Shown here one piece after another: positions 1-12,786 of a stretch of 64,000 nt of DNA. The DNA is taken from assembly GCA_964016885.1 (NCBI GenBank), contig OZ024740.1:385950001-386014000 (forward strand), in the 5' to 3' direction. The stretch's first letter is position 1; every line of letters starts with the position of its first letter. The position numbers and the translations under genes are program-made. The stretch comes from Eledone cirrhosa (lineage: Eukaryota). Under the pieces are notes generated by a model, which saw only the letters and a list, made by a program, of their open reading frames with translations, had not been told where the DNA came from and searched no databases.

Positions 1-2600
1 CTTAATATGTCCCTATCCTTATTTCTAACTAGGAACCTATCTAGGTACGACCTAGATGTTCCGCTGATTAGTCCACGTCCACAGTGGCACAGTCGGAAAA
101 TCTAGTCGATATCTATCGGCCGATTATCCGTTTGAGGCTGTTACACCCCCCTCTATTGGGACATGCCCCTACATAGTCCCAACGTGCATCCAGGATACCA
201 TTCCAGTCCACCACCAAAAGCAAGGAGGGAGATATTCCCAGAAAAGTCTCTAGGTGTCGGAAGAAGTCCGGTCGCGGTGTCTCAGATGGGGCATACGCTG
301 CCACCAGCCTGAAGGCTCCACCTTCACTACTGCCGACGTCTAGAACCACCAGTCGACCCTCCGGGTCCAGATGTACCTTCTGTGTGGCAAGACCCAGGTG
401 TTTTCGCAGCAGAACGACAACCCCACCCCCACCCCCTACCTGACAGAGAGATGCGTAGATCTTAAAGTCGTCAAAGTTGGCGCTCGCTGCTGATCCTGGA
501 CTTGCAAATAGCCACTCTGTTGGACCTGAGGTCATTTAAGAGTTTGCCCTGTTTCCAGGACATCCCCAGGCCGCGTGCATTCACGCATCTAACTCTTATA
601 TCGGCCATGTTGGTGCTGAAGAGTTAAAAGGAAGAGGAAAGGAAATTACTTACCTCTTCGTCTCCTGGGGACCAGGCTGCACAATTTCCATGGGGGTGTT
701 GGAAGGGTTGTTTGGTGGGGTGGTGGTTTGTGGTGGGGTGAGGACATCAGTGTGTGGGTGTCTGGTGTGGGGGTGGGGAAACATTTCAATAGAATGCGGT
801 TAAATGGTTTGGTGCAGGGGGGCCCCACATCCATTGGATGGTTCTTTTTCAGTGTTATATAGGTATCCATTGGGACCCTAATCATCTTTAGGTGCGGTTT
901 GCCCGCTGCGTAGGTAAAAGTGATCCCTTCGGTTTCCACCAAAGCGTTATTGTCTATTGCTTTCATCAAAGTTTTATTGTTCTAGTTAATGTATGTATAG
1001 TGTTTTTGTTGTGTTGTGTTTGTTTGTTGTTCTTGTGCGTGTTTGCGTTTTGTAGTATGTGTTATGTTTTCAGGAGGGGTGGGTTTTTTTTGTTTGTGAT
1101 GTTTGTTCTGTTTGTGCTGGTGGTTGTGTGTTTGTTGCATTTTTTTTAATGTGGTGCCTTTTTTTCCTTTTCACCTGTTGGAATGGTTCTCCCTCGTCGT
1201 CACTGGGTGACGTTGATATGGAGTCCTCTTCCGTGTTGTTGGGGAGGGGTATATTTTGGAGTTTTGTTGTGGTTGCTTTTGTATTTGTTTTAGGTGGGGA
1301 GGGGGTTGGGTGGGACAGTGTCTTGTGTTGTTATTTTTGCGTGTTGTGGTGGTGGTTGTTGTTGTTGTGGTGGTGGTGGTTGTGTTGTTGTGTTCGGTGT
1401 TGGCAGAAGTGCCTTTTTTTTACTCGTTAATTGAGGACAGGCAGCCCTCAGGTGAGCCCTGCTTAAGCAGTGGGAACATGACGGCCGCCTACCCTCCACT
1501 GAAATGTTTATATAAGTTAGCCTGTCCAGAGGCACGTGTTGTGGGATATTAGCTATTCGTTGTGGGCTCATTTGCACCAGAACTTCTACGCTAGTCCCAC
1601 TAAATACACCTCCAGAGGACTTTCCTAATGAGATTATCCTGTCTTCATCAAAATCAATGAATCCACATAGTATCCATCAAATATTTACATTTAGTGTGAT
1701 ACTCATAATTTTTATTTTTCGTGTCCTTTTCTCCCTGTATGTGGGGAAAAGGGTGAAACGGGGGGGGGGGGGGGACACAATGGGTGATACAGCGTATTTT
1801 TGTGCCGTTGGCTGGCCATTCATTAGCACCGAAATGCTACCAAACAGTTTTCCTCTTTGGATAAAGGTTATGTCCTTCATTACATCTTTTAGAACCAACT
1901 CAATTGCATTTTGTGATAATTGAGCTGGTTTTCTGGTTTCGTTAAATATTGTCCTTAAAACTGTGGTTTTCAGGACAGCCTCTCTACGTAATACCTGTGG
2001 AGAATTGATGCTAAAAACACCGTTTTGTCCAAAAGTCACGTATTGTTTTGCGTCTTGTAGTAGTTGTTTTGCATTAGTTATGTCAATTGGCGTGTATAGT
2101 TCTGTTTTTTTTACAGTTTGTGCGAACATTTTGGTGTTGTTGTCTTTCTTGTTGCTGTTGTTGATGTTGTTCATATTTTCCTTGGTGTTGTTATTGTAGC
2201 AGTTGTTGGTTGTGGTGTTATTCTCATTGTTCTTGTTTTTGGTGCTGGTATTATTTACCGGGTTTGGTTCCGTGGTTGCAATATTTACAACGTTTTTCGA
2301 TAAGGCGAGGGGGGAAGGCTGCTAGCTTTGTACACCTACCTTCCCTCCACCACTTTTCTTAATGGGCGTGGCACTCACTAAAGTGTGCAAGGTTGAAATG
2401 GCATCCATTATTGACTACCAAGTCTACACAGATTTTTTAGATGAAAATTTCGCCCCAAATAGGGGTGAAAATGAGTTAACTCAACGTCTGAAGGCCCAGA
2501 CAAGGGGTTAAACTAAACAATACTAACAAATTGAACAATGAACTCACAGTTTTTTTAACAATAATCCGTAAAAAATCCGGAGCGAAGTAATGCACGTCTA
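1..2600 (-). mobile_element. Tx1/L1-like non-LTR retrotransposon, 5' part (fragmented ORF1 and start of the APE endonuclease of ORF2); runs off the window start
   Basis: ORF 1290-1577 has a CCHC knuckle (CSHCLSRAHLRAAC). ORF 113-535 has APE motifs (GGGVVVLLRK, GRLVVLDV, AAYAPS, DWNGILD). Clearly related to the copy at 17361-18338. Confidence 0.8.
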
Positions 2601-2604
2601 TCAA

Positions 2605-2898
<294 letters not shown>

Positions 2899-3241
2899 AA
2901 ATAAATAACTCAAATGTTTTAAATTTGGCTTCGTTTATTACTGCTATATATATTTTGGTGACAGCCATCTTTGGTTGTGACCTCTGCAGGCAGTCCGAAT
3001 TAGTGTGGTAGAGACGAGTACACATGTTGTTGAGGTGTATAACTTTGTCAGTACTTGAGGTGTATAACTTTGTCAGTTCCTGGTTGGGTTGTTATTTCAC
3101 TGAGGAACTGGAATCATTTGACTTATTTATTTTATTTTATTGTACATTACTCCGGAGTATCCAAACCAACCTGCGCACTTCGTCGAGTGCTCCAATCTGC
3201 ATACTGAGGTGTTGGTATACAATCAACATATACTCAAAATT

Positions 3242-3301
<60 letters not shown>

Positions 3302-3315
3302 CATATACATATACT

Positions 3316-4662
3316 TAGGTTAATAGGAGTTAGGTATTGTATACCCGTGTCCCATTAAGGTGTTGGCAGCATAGTAATTAGCTGTATGCTTTGGAGCAGA
3401 GCCGTATATATGAAAAAGAACACAAGAGCGTCTACAACATCAAAAGATTTTTATTGGCTTACAATGTTTCTTCCTTGCGTAACCGTAGGATTCATCAGAG
3501 CTATAAAAGGGGTTTGATTGGTGTTATGGACTCTACCAACCAAACATTCAAGAACAAAGAGTAAAGAGAGTAAAGAGCAAAAGTAGGGGACGATAAGTCT
3601 AATTTTGGTGCGGGAGGGTGGGGTGTGGGTCCTTGTTTACTAGCTGCGGTCATATTCATTCCCGGGAGTCGAGTGGTTAGCTGAACCATAGATGGGGTGG
3701 CGTCGATAGTATGGTGCAGAGGGTGTGTAGAGGCTACACAAACACAAAGGGCATATAATATATATATATATAGCGGAGGAGAAAGTACATGAGGTAATTA
3801 GAAATGGAAAAAGAGTAATAATAATAATCTATAATTAATAGTGTGTAATAAGGCATGGGGAAGATTACACTATAATAAGGTATAAAAGTAAGAATAAGGT
3901 AAAATATAAAGGAGGATAAAAGTGGAAATAATAAAGATAAAAAAAAATATATAGAGAATATATAAAGAAATATAAGCGAATATTTGGAGGGGAAAACACA
4001 ATGTAAAAAAACCGATTTTTTCAAATAAAAATAAAAATATAATAATTATGGGGGGAGAAAACGGGATAGAGAAATATGATCAAATGTGATTAGTTGAGAG
4101 AATATAAGATGATAATAGTTATGTCAAGTTTATACATCTTAATAATAAATAATCTGTGTATCAGTTACAGAACCTTCAATTCACTTACAGGTTCAAGCCA
4201 CGTGGCATAGTCCATTGTTTATCTGTGCGGTCATGCGCGTTTGTTTTTGACACCACAGCAGATGCACAAGTTCGTAAATTCCGATGCAGATAGAAATCTA
4301 TTTTTGCTCACCCAGACATTGACGGAGGATCCAATATTCCTAGTTCAATATGTGTGTGGTGTTATTTTGGTTGCACAAATCAATCACTTGGTTCAATATT
4401 ATGGAGTATGAATATGACCGCAGCTAGTAAACAAGGACCCACACCCCACCCTCCCACACCAAAATTAGACTTATCGTCTTCTACTTTTGCTCTTTACTCT
4501 CTTTACTCTTTGTTCTTGAATGTTTGGTTGGTAGAGTTCATAACACCAATCAAACCCCTTTTATAGCTCTGATGAATCCTATGGTTACGTAAGGAAGAAA
4601 CATTGTAAGCCAATAAAAATCTTTTGATGTTGTAGACGCTCTTGTGTTCTTTTTCATATATA
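3316..4662. mobile_element. Non-coding PLE-like insertion with ~255-bp inverted arms (3405-3659 / 4388-4662), each carrying a hammerhead motif
   Basis: The arms are reverse complements (ORFs 3501-3689 - and 4354-4566 + translate almost identically). Flanked by (TA)n. Confidence 0.65.
4566..4610 (+). ncRNA. Minimal type I hammerhead ribozyme motif (second copy on - strand at 3457-3501)
   Basis: GCT-CTGATGA-A.TCCT...AGGA.A-GAAA-CATTG-TA-AGC: core boxes, stem II TCCT/AGGA, short stem III, 3-bp stem I. Confidence 0.6.
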
Positions 4663-4687
4663 CATATATATATATATACATATATAA

Positions 4688-5120
4688 TTATAATAACATA
4701 ACAGTAGGCTGGACTTGTGTAAATCCTTGAAAGGTTTATTATACTATGATCATTTCAATGACCAGGTTCGTATGAATCCTAGACCCAAGGACGACCAGTT
4801 GGTCATCCTCGCGTCTATGATTTTCAGCCCCATGGATTCTATCTGTTACATTCATTTATTATATTTCAAATACCTGATGATATCACCGGATTCATATGGA
4901 ACCCAGTCATTGAAATGATCATAGTATAATAAACCTTTCAAGGATTTACACAAGTCCAGCCTCCTGTTATTTATTATAATATTTAACTCCATACTTGCAC
5001 CACCAACTACACAAATGAAGACGGTTGAGCTGCTTTATGTTGAGTACTCTCCATATTATTACATCAAGATTGACCATTCGGAATGACCAGCTCTATCCAG
5101 TGGTGAACCTTCAAACCTAA
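4688..5120 (+). mobile_element. Short PLE-like hammerhead insertion with ~92-bp inverted arms (4688-4779 / 4888-4980) and a 3' tail
   Basis: Inverted repeat read directly; (TA)n on both sides; related copy at 41540-41745. Confidence 0.65.
4870..4927 (+). ncRNA. Type I hammerhead ribozyme motif with palindromic stem III (TGATCA)
   Basis: ATAC-CTGATGA-(imperfect stem II)-GAAA-TGATCA-TA-GTAT. Confidence 0.7.
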
Positions 5121-5154
5121 ATATATACATATATATATATATATATATACACGC

Positions 5155-5451
5155 ATCTCTACGGAAAGTAAAAGAGTGTTGTCATATAGAGAGTGAAGAG
5201 AGACAGAGAGTAAAGTAGTTAAATTATAGAGAGGGTGAAAGAGGGAGAGAGAAACAACGCTTAGCTTTATAATATTTGAGAGTGAAGAGCGACAGAGAGA
5301 GTAAAGCAGTTAAATTATAGAGAGGGGGGAATGATCTATTATAGAGAGAAGGAAGAGCAACGGAGAGAGTAAAGCTAAGAAACTATAGGGAGGTGTGTAG
5401 GATACATACATACATAATACACACGACACTCAGCTTTATAATATTATAGAT
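5155..5451 (-). mobile_element. Possible 5' fragment of a non-autonomous Helitron-like element
   Basis: The minus strand begins A|TCTATAATATTATAAAGCTG, followed by GT-rich simple repeats, like Helitron 5' ends. Confidence 0.35.
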
Positions 5452-5526
5452 GTATATATATATATATATGTATATGTTTATGATGGTGTGTATATACAAG
5501 TACACTCCATTGTAAATATTTACAAT

Positions 5527-6085
5527 GCAGGTGGGTTCTAAAGAAGTGGTTGATAGCTTCCGGTACCTACGTGATCAGATTAGCATGGGAGGGGGGTGTT
5601 CCGAGGCCATAGTATCTAGAATAAGGATGGGTTGGAAGAAGTTTAGGGAGCTGCTTCCTCTGCTGACGAATAAGGGTTTCTCCCTGCGTACGAAAGGCCG
5701 GTTATATGATGTCTGTGTGAGGTGCGCGAATGAGGTGCATGAATGACAGAGCATGGATGTGTTGAGAGGGATAAATTGTAGTGTGCAGGAGAGGAGACTG
5801 CGATGGTATGGACATGTGATGCGCATGGAGGATGACCGATGGGTGAAGAAGTGCCAAGAAATGCCAGTTGAAGGAAGACATAGTAGAGGAAGACCACGAA
5901 AAACATGGGCGGAGGTGGTGAGAGCAGACCTCAGATCGCTGAAGCTCAGGGTGGAGATGACAAAGGTCCGTGACAAGTGGAGAGATGCTGTGCTGAATAG
6001 GACCCGTCCCATCTTGCAAGCAGGGAAAAGCGGACGTAAAATGATGATGATGATACATATATATATGATGATGATGATGATGATA
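5527..6085 (+). mobile_element. RTE-clade LINE 3' fragment
   Basis: VVDSFRYL, GWKKFRELLPLL, RRLRWYGHVMRM, GRPRKTW; (ATG)n tail. Confidence 0.9.
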
Positions 6086-6086
6086 C

Positions 6087-6138
<52 letters not shown>

Positions 6139-6141
<3 letters not shown>

Positions 6142-6874
6142 AAGAAAGAAGAGTAACATGGTTGGCTGTACAATAAGGGCTTTATTTAAACTACTGACAA
6201 TTGTTTCGTTGATCAGGTGTATCTAGAGTTCGCTAATCGCTTGAGGTTGCATAAATCGATCTCCAATACATTGTTTACAACTGGCCAACACATCAGAGCA
6301 CGTAGATATGAAAATAGTTCACTCGAGGCAAGACTTATTTAGAAAAGTAACACCAAAACAATAACATCAATAATAAAATAGCGTTTAAATAAAACAATAA
6401 CATCAATAGTAAAACATGTATGGTAAATAGATAGAGAAGTTACAGATGTAAAACAGTAAAATATAAGATAGGGTACATTAAAAAGTAATGATAATAATAA
6501 GAAAATGAGGAAATGGAGAATACAAAGAAATAAAAGAAATAAAGGAATGAGAGAGTGTATGTAGAATTAGATTTTAGTAGATTTTGAGGAAGTGTTTTTT
6601 GGTGCTAACATGAGAATCCAGATTTGAGATGTAGATAAGTTTGTGTGGGGGGTCCAATTGTCAGTACTTTAAATAAAGCCCTTATTGTACAGCCAACCAT
6701 GTTACTCTTCTTTCTTTAACTATTATTACTCCAAGTATAACCTGCATAGAAATTACCGCGAACTCGCTGCATAACTATGAAAACATCTTGTTGAGTCAAA
6801 CAAAGTTGTACGTTAAAACTATCCACGACGCGGAGTACTCTAACTTTATTACCTATAACGATAACTTGTTATCC
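6139..6874. mobile_element. PLE-like hammerhead insertion with 65-bp inverted arms (6139-6203 / 6655-6719)
   Basis: Inverted repeat read directly; (TA)n on both flanks; contains the hammerhead at 6192-6300. Confidence 0.65.
6192..6300 (-). ncRNA. Type I hammerhead variant with long stem II insertion and palindromic stem III (CAATTG)
   Basis: Minus strand: TGCT-CTGATGT-GTTGGCCAG...CTGATCAAC-GAAA-CAATTG-TC-AGTA. Core A9 is replaced by T. Confidence 0.6.
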
Positions 6875-6883
6875 CATATATGT

Positions 6884-6922
<39 letters not shown>

Positions 6923-6924
6923 TA

Positions 6925-8283
6925 TGATCTAACGCTCATAGCTGAATCAATGGCTGAACTAGAGAGGAAATTCCAAACATGGAAGCATGGCCTAGAATCA
7001 AAAGGCCTTAAAGTTAACTTGTCTAAGACTAAAGTTCTAGTTGTAGAAAGGAAAATAGGGCACAGGTGCCCTCAGGGAAATGGCCATGCTCAGTGTGTAG
7101 GAAAGGAGTAGGCAGAAATTCCATTTTATGTCCCAAATGCAAAGTATGGGTATATAAAAGATGTAGTGCTATCACAGGTAAACTATCTAAGAATGTAGAC
7201 TTTATATGTGGCCGATGCTCTGGTGCAATAAGTAGTAAGTGTCCACAGGATACTAGCTCCTTCTACTGTCCAGATGGTTCTATAGAAATAGTGGACACTT
7301 TCCGTTACCTGGGTGATGAAATCAGCAGTAGGGAGGGTCTTCTGAAAGTACAGTAGCCAGAGTCAGAATGGGATGGAAAAAGTTCAGAAAGCTTATACTG
7401 CTGTTGGCCACAAAAGGTTTCTCTCTAAAAATGAATGGCAGATTGTATGATGCCTGTATACGAACAGCAATACTACATGGCAGTGAGACATGGGCATTAC
7501 GTGCAGAGGACCTGCGCAGACTGGAAAGGAATGAAGCATGCATGCTCCGTTGGATGTGTAATAGTAATATACGTGAACGGCAAAGCATAAATGAACTAAG
7601 TGAGAAATTAGGAATAAGAGGGATCAGATGCTGTTTACTTGAAAGAAGACTACGTTGGTATGGCCACGTGATGCGCATGAAAGACGACAGCTGTATAAAA
7701 AGTGCAGGGCGATCAAAATTGATGGTAGTTACAGAGTAGGTAAACCCAGAAAAACCTGGGACAATCTGATAAATTCGGACCTTACACACTTCCACCTCTC
7801 TAAGACAATGTCACTGGACCGAGATCTTTGGCGCTATGCAGTAATACAGAAGACCCGCCTTCCCTATGTACAAAGCATAACCTACAGTTAGTAGGCACCT
7901 TTTAACCAAATATACACCCCAATCCACTACCTCTACCCTATCCTCCCACTCCCAGCAACACCACCCTCTCTCTGTAAAGTTGGTACCACAACATCCAGTC
8001 CAAATAAATGAGATAATGAGATAGAGATCGTGTAGGTGTCACAACAAAAATCACACAGTCCACGCTGTAATGTGGCCATGTAGGTGACACGGTAAAAAGT
8101 TCCCAGTTCCACACTGTAAATGTGGTTGGTGTTAGGAAGGGCATCCAACCGTAGAAAACCTGCCAGATAGTCCTTTATGAGCGAGACATGGTCACCCGAC
8201 CAGCCTTGCCTCAAGTGGGACAACTCCCGACTCACCGATGCTAGCGTGGAAGATGGACGTTAAACGAAAATGATGATAATGAT
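6925..8283 (+). mobile_element. RTE LINE, 5'-truncated, with 3' UTR and tail
   Basis: DLTLIAESMAELE, PHD-like Cys cluster, LHGSETW, RRLRWYGHVMRM; frameshifted. Confidence 0.9.
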
Positions 8284-8297
8284 ATATACATATATAC

Positions 8298-8329
<32 letters not shown>

Positions 8330-8612
8330 AAAATCAAGGTCTAGCAAATAGAGAAAAAGTTTTAAAATAAATTTTTAAAAAATCGCTGTACTTACTTTAT
8401 TATTATATACATATATATGTATATATGTATATATATATACATATAAAATCAAGGGAAAGCAATAAATTGATTTTCATGTTCTGGCTTGTTAATTCATTAA
8501 CTTGCCATTGAAACACACTGGCATACAGTTGGACTATACTTGTATCCTTATGTGTATTATTTACATGTAGGAACACATACTTTTATATATACATATATAT
8601 GTATGTATATAT

Positions 8613-10066
8613 ATCACAATCATCATCATCATCATCATGGGTTTGGACGGGAGTTTTCCCACTTGAGGCAAGATTGGTTGTCTGGCTCGCATAGGACTGT
8701 CTGGCGGGTTTTCTACGGCTGGATGCCCTTCCTAACACCAACCACATTTACAGTGTGGAACTGGGAGGTTTTTACCGTGTTACCTACACGGCCACATTAC
8801 AGCGTGGACTGTTTTTTTGTCGTGACACCTACACAACCTCATTTGTTTCGGGCTGTATGTTGTGGTACCAACATAACATTACATTGAAAGGGGTGGTGTG
8901 AATGGGGTAGGGATAGTGGGATGGGGGGTGTATTTTGTTAGAGGTGCCTACTGACTGTAGTAGGTTTCACTTTGTACTTAGGTAAGGCCGGTCTTCTCTA
9001 TTACTGTGTAGCGCCAAAGCTCTCGGTCCAGTGACATTGTCTTGGAGAGGTGTAAGTGTGTGAGGTCGGAATTTATCAAGTCGTCCCAGGTTTTTCTGGG
9101 TCTGCCTACTCCGTGGCTACCGTCTATTTGTATTGCCCTGCACTTTTTTTATATAGCTGTCGTCTTTCATACACATCACGTGACCATACCAACGTAGCCT
9201 TCTCTCGAGTAAACAACATCTGATCCCTCTTATTTCTAATTTTTACCTTAGTTCATTTATGCTTTGCCGTTCACGTATATTACTATTACACATCCAGCGG
9301 AGCATGCAAGCTTCGTTCCTCTCCAGTCTGCGTATATCCTCTGCACACAATGCCCAGGTCTCACTGCCATGCAACATTGCTGTTCGTATGCAGGCATCAT
9401 ACAGCCTGCCTTTCATTTTTAGGGAGAACCCTTTAGCGGCTAATAGTGGTATAAGCTCTCTGAACTTTTTCCATCCAGTTCTGACTATAGCTACTGTACT
9501 TTCAGAACACCCTCCCCCACTGCTGATTTTGTCACCCAGGTAACGGAAGCTGTCCACTATATCTATAGAACCATCTGTGCAATGGAATGAGCTAGTATTG
9601 TGTGGGCACTTGCTGCTACTTATTGCACCAGAGCACCGGCCACATATAAAATCTATGTTCTTAGTTAGCTTATCTGTGATCCCACTACATCTTTTATGCA
9701 CCCATACTTTGCATTTGGGACATACAATGGAGTTTCTACCTACTCCTTTCCTACACACTGAGCATAGCCATTTCCCGGATGGGACCGGCGCCTTATTTTC
9801 CTTCCTACAAACTAGAACTTTAAACTTAGACAGGTTAATTTTAAGGCCTTTTGATTCTAGGCCATGCTTCCATGTTTGGAATTTCTTCTCTAGTTCGGCC
9901 ATTGATTCAGCTATGAGTGTTAGATCATCTGCGTATAGGAGTTCCCACGGGCAGCCGGTCTTGAACTCCACTGTTATAGCCTGAAGGGCGATAATAAATA
10001 GTAGGGGGATAAGAACGGAGCCCTGATGAACACCAACTTTTACACTAAACTCTTCACTATATTCGT
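8613..10066 (-). mobile_element. RTE LINE, 5'-truncated
   Basis: ORF 9243-9971 has ELLYADD and C-terminal RTE motifs; (CAT)n tail at the left end. Confidence 0.92.
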
Positions 10067-10684
10067 ATATGTATATATATCAGGGTTGCAGGTGTTATAT
10101 CAAAGTTTTCCTTCTCCTAGAATTCTGCCTTGACAAAGGTTAAGGGGTCATCTCTCCCGGTGATTTTGGATGGCCATTGACTCTTAAGAGCTCCTTTTCC
10201 CTTTGACATGTTTTGTTTTTAGTCCTGCAGGATGTCCAAAGTCACCCTCCTCACCAAGAAACTTAGTTGGGGTTGCCAGTTTAGTCGCCAACGACCCAAC
10301 CCTGATGGTATCCAATGATGTTGACTTGTTCTTCTTTTTGGTAAATATCATCTTGGTTAAGAGAGTGGGACTGGCTTTGTGCAGTGCCTTTGCTCACTAT
10401 AAAAGCTTCACAGCACAGGCATTGCTTTATATCTGGAGATCTCTCTGCCCTTGTCGTCACATGGTACCATGGGCTCTGCACTATGTGTCAATAATTGTCA
10501 CAAGTGTAGTGTTTGTACCAGAGTTTTCAAGTCGCTGGCTGGACTAAAAAGTCACACTCATTCAGCGCATCGGTAGGGGTTCTCCTACAGGGATATAAAG
10601 TAGTGGCCATACTCAAAAACGAGTTGGCAGCTACCATATATGTATATATATATAATTATCATCATCATCATCATTTTACGTCTG

Positions 10685-10735
<51 letters not shown>

Positions 10736-10740
<5 letters not shown>

Positions 10741-10846
10741 AACCAGTAAGACCCCGACAGCTGAGCTCAAGCCGTTTCGACGGCTAATCCAGAATTAGCC
10801 GTCGAAACGGCTTGAGCTCAGCTGTCGGGGTCTTACTGGTTCCTAT
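10736..10846. repeat. Perfect 53-bp-arm hairpin (5-nt loop) carrying the 3' half of a hammerhead
   Basis: 10736-10788 is the reverse complement of 10794-10846; contains GAAA-CGGCTTGAGCTCAGCTG-TC. Confidence 0.9.
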
Positions 10847-10968
10847 TACCCACTCTACTACCTCAAGTATTGAGTACTTTGGTGCGTTATGGTCCACCTG
10901 GTTCCTTACCACATTTCCTTCGTTATATATATATATATATATATACATATACACATATATATACATAT

Positions 10969-11030
<62 letters not shown>

Positions 11031-11327
11031 AAACAAAATGAAAACGAAATTTCATTTCTCACTCTTAGTATGGCACTTACTTAAATGTAAGTATGCATGT
11101 ATACGTACATACATATATGTATACAGACGTACAGTAGCATGCACATATATATATATATATATACATATATATATACATATGCATACAGGTACACATACAT
11201 ATATGCACGTATCAGTTTAGCGGCGCTAACGTCGCTTTGTTCGTTTGTAAACAAACTGAACAGCCTGAATTTATGCCATACGGTGTTAAGGCAACCACGT
11301 CACCTTTTTGTTCAACACTGACACAGG

Positions 11328-11372
11328 AACGATGTACTAGTTTCAAGCTTGTTAGCTATCATCAGCACCGTT
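11328..11372 (-). ncRNA. Minimal type I hammerhead ribozyme, unit 1
   Basis: Minus strand: AACGGTG-CTGATGA-T.AGCT.AACA.AGCT.T-GAAA-CTAG-TA-CATCGTT. 7-bp stem I, intact core, palindromic stem III (ACTAGT). Confidence 0.85.
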
Positions 11373-11795
11373 TACCCATCTGCCAGATAGTTGAACGTTC
11401 GAAAGTATATACTTTCCTTATGAAAATTAACGGCTGAGCAGCCTAATTTGCATATTGAGTGAGTTAAATCAGTCAGGCATACCGAAAACGATAAATTGAA
11501 ACAAAATGAAAACGAAATTTCATTTCTCACTCTTAGTATGGCACTTACTTAAATGTAAGTATGCATGTATACGTACATACATATATGTATACAGACGTAC
11601 AGTAGCATGCACATATATATATATATATATACATATATATATACATATGCATACAGGTACACATACATATATGCACGTATCAGTTTAGCGGCGCTAACGT
11701 CGCTTTGTTCGTTTGTAAACAAACTGAACAGCCTGAATTTATGCCATACGGTGTTAAGGCAACCACGTCACCTTTTTGTTCAACACTGACACAGG

Positions 11796-11840
11796 AACGA
11801 TGTACTAGTTTCAAGCTTGTTAGCTATCATCAGCACCGTT
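11796..11840 (-). ncRNA. Minimal type I hammerhead ribozyme, unit 2
   Basis: Identical to 11328-11372, offset by 468 bp. Confidence 0.85.
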
Positions 11841-12263
11841 TACCCATCTGCCAGATAGTTGAACGTTCGAAAGTATATACTTTCCTTATGAAAATTAACG
11901 GCTGAGCAGCCTAATTTGCATATTGAGTGAGTTAAATCGGTCAGGCATACCGAAAACGATAAATTGAAACAAAATGAAAACGAAATTTCATTTCTCACTC
12001 TTAGTATGGCACTTACTTAAATGTAAGTATGCATGTATACGTACATACATATATGTATACAGACGTACAGTAGCATGCACATATATATATATATATATAC
12101 ATATATATATACATATGCATACAGGTACACATACATATATGCACGTATCAGTTTAGCGGCGCTAACGTCGCTTTGTTCGTTTGTAAACAAACTGAACAGC
12201 CTGAATTTATGCCATACGGTGTTAAGGCAACCACGTCACCTTTTTGTTCAACACTGACACAGG

Positions 12264-12308
12264 AACGATGTACTAGTTTCAAGCTTGTTAGCTATCATCA
12301 GCACCGTT
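12264..12308 (-). ncRNA. Minimal type I hammerhead ribozyme, unit 3
   Basis: Identical to 11328-11372, offset by 936 bp. Confidence 0.85.
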
Positions 12309-12753
12309 TACCCATCTGCCAGATAGTTGAACGTTCGAAAGTATATACTTTCCTTATGAAAATTAACGGCTGAGCAGCCTAATTTGCATATTGAGTGAGT
12401 TAAATCGGTCAGGCATACCGAAAACGATAAATTGAAACAAAATGAAAACGAAATTTCATTTCTCACTCTTAGTATGGCACTTACTTAAATGTAAGTATGC
12501 ATGTATACGTACATACATATATGTATACAGACGTACAGTAGCATGCCTTAACACCGTATGGCATAAATTCAGGCTGTTCAGTTTGTTTACAAACGAACAA
12601 AGCGACGTTAGCGCCGCTAAACTGATACGTGCATATATGTATGTGTACCTGTATGCATATGTATATATATATGTATATATATATATATATATGTGCATGC
12701 TACTGTACGTCTGTATACATATATGTATGTACGTATACATGCATACTTACATT

Positions 12754-12786
<33 letters not shown>

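Larger units (their letters stand above)
11027..12755 (-). mobile_element. Tandem array of 468-bp units (3 full + ~116 bp partial) plus an inverted end segment (12545-12755); candidate non-LTR retrozyme
   Basis: Units start at 11027, 11495, 11963 and 12431. Only one difference noticed (aaatcAgtc vs aaatcGgtc). One hammerhead per unit; (TA)n on both sides. Confidence 0.85.

Noticed and set aside
11401-11416. GAAAGTATATACTTTC palindrome as a second, plus-strand hammerhead in the array
   Set aside because: No CUGANGA box at a suitable distance upstream.
11038-12373. Repeated 60-74 aa ORFs in the 468-bp units
   Set aside because: Low complexity with no recognisable domain; the conserved feature is an RNA motif.
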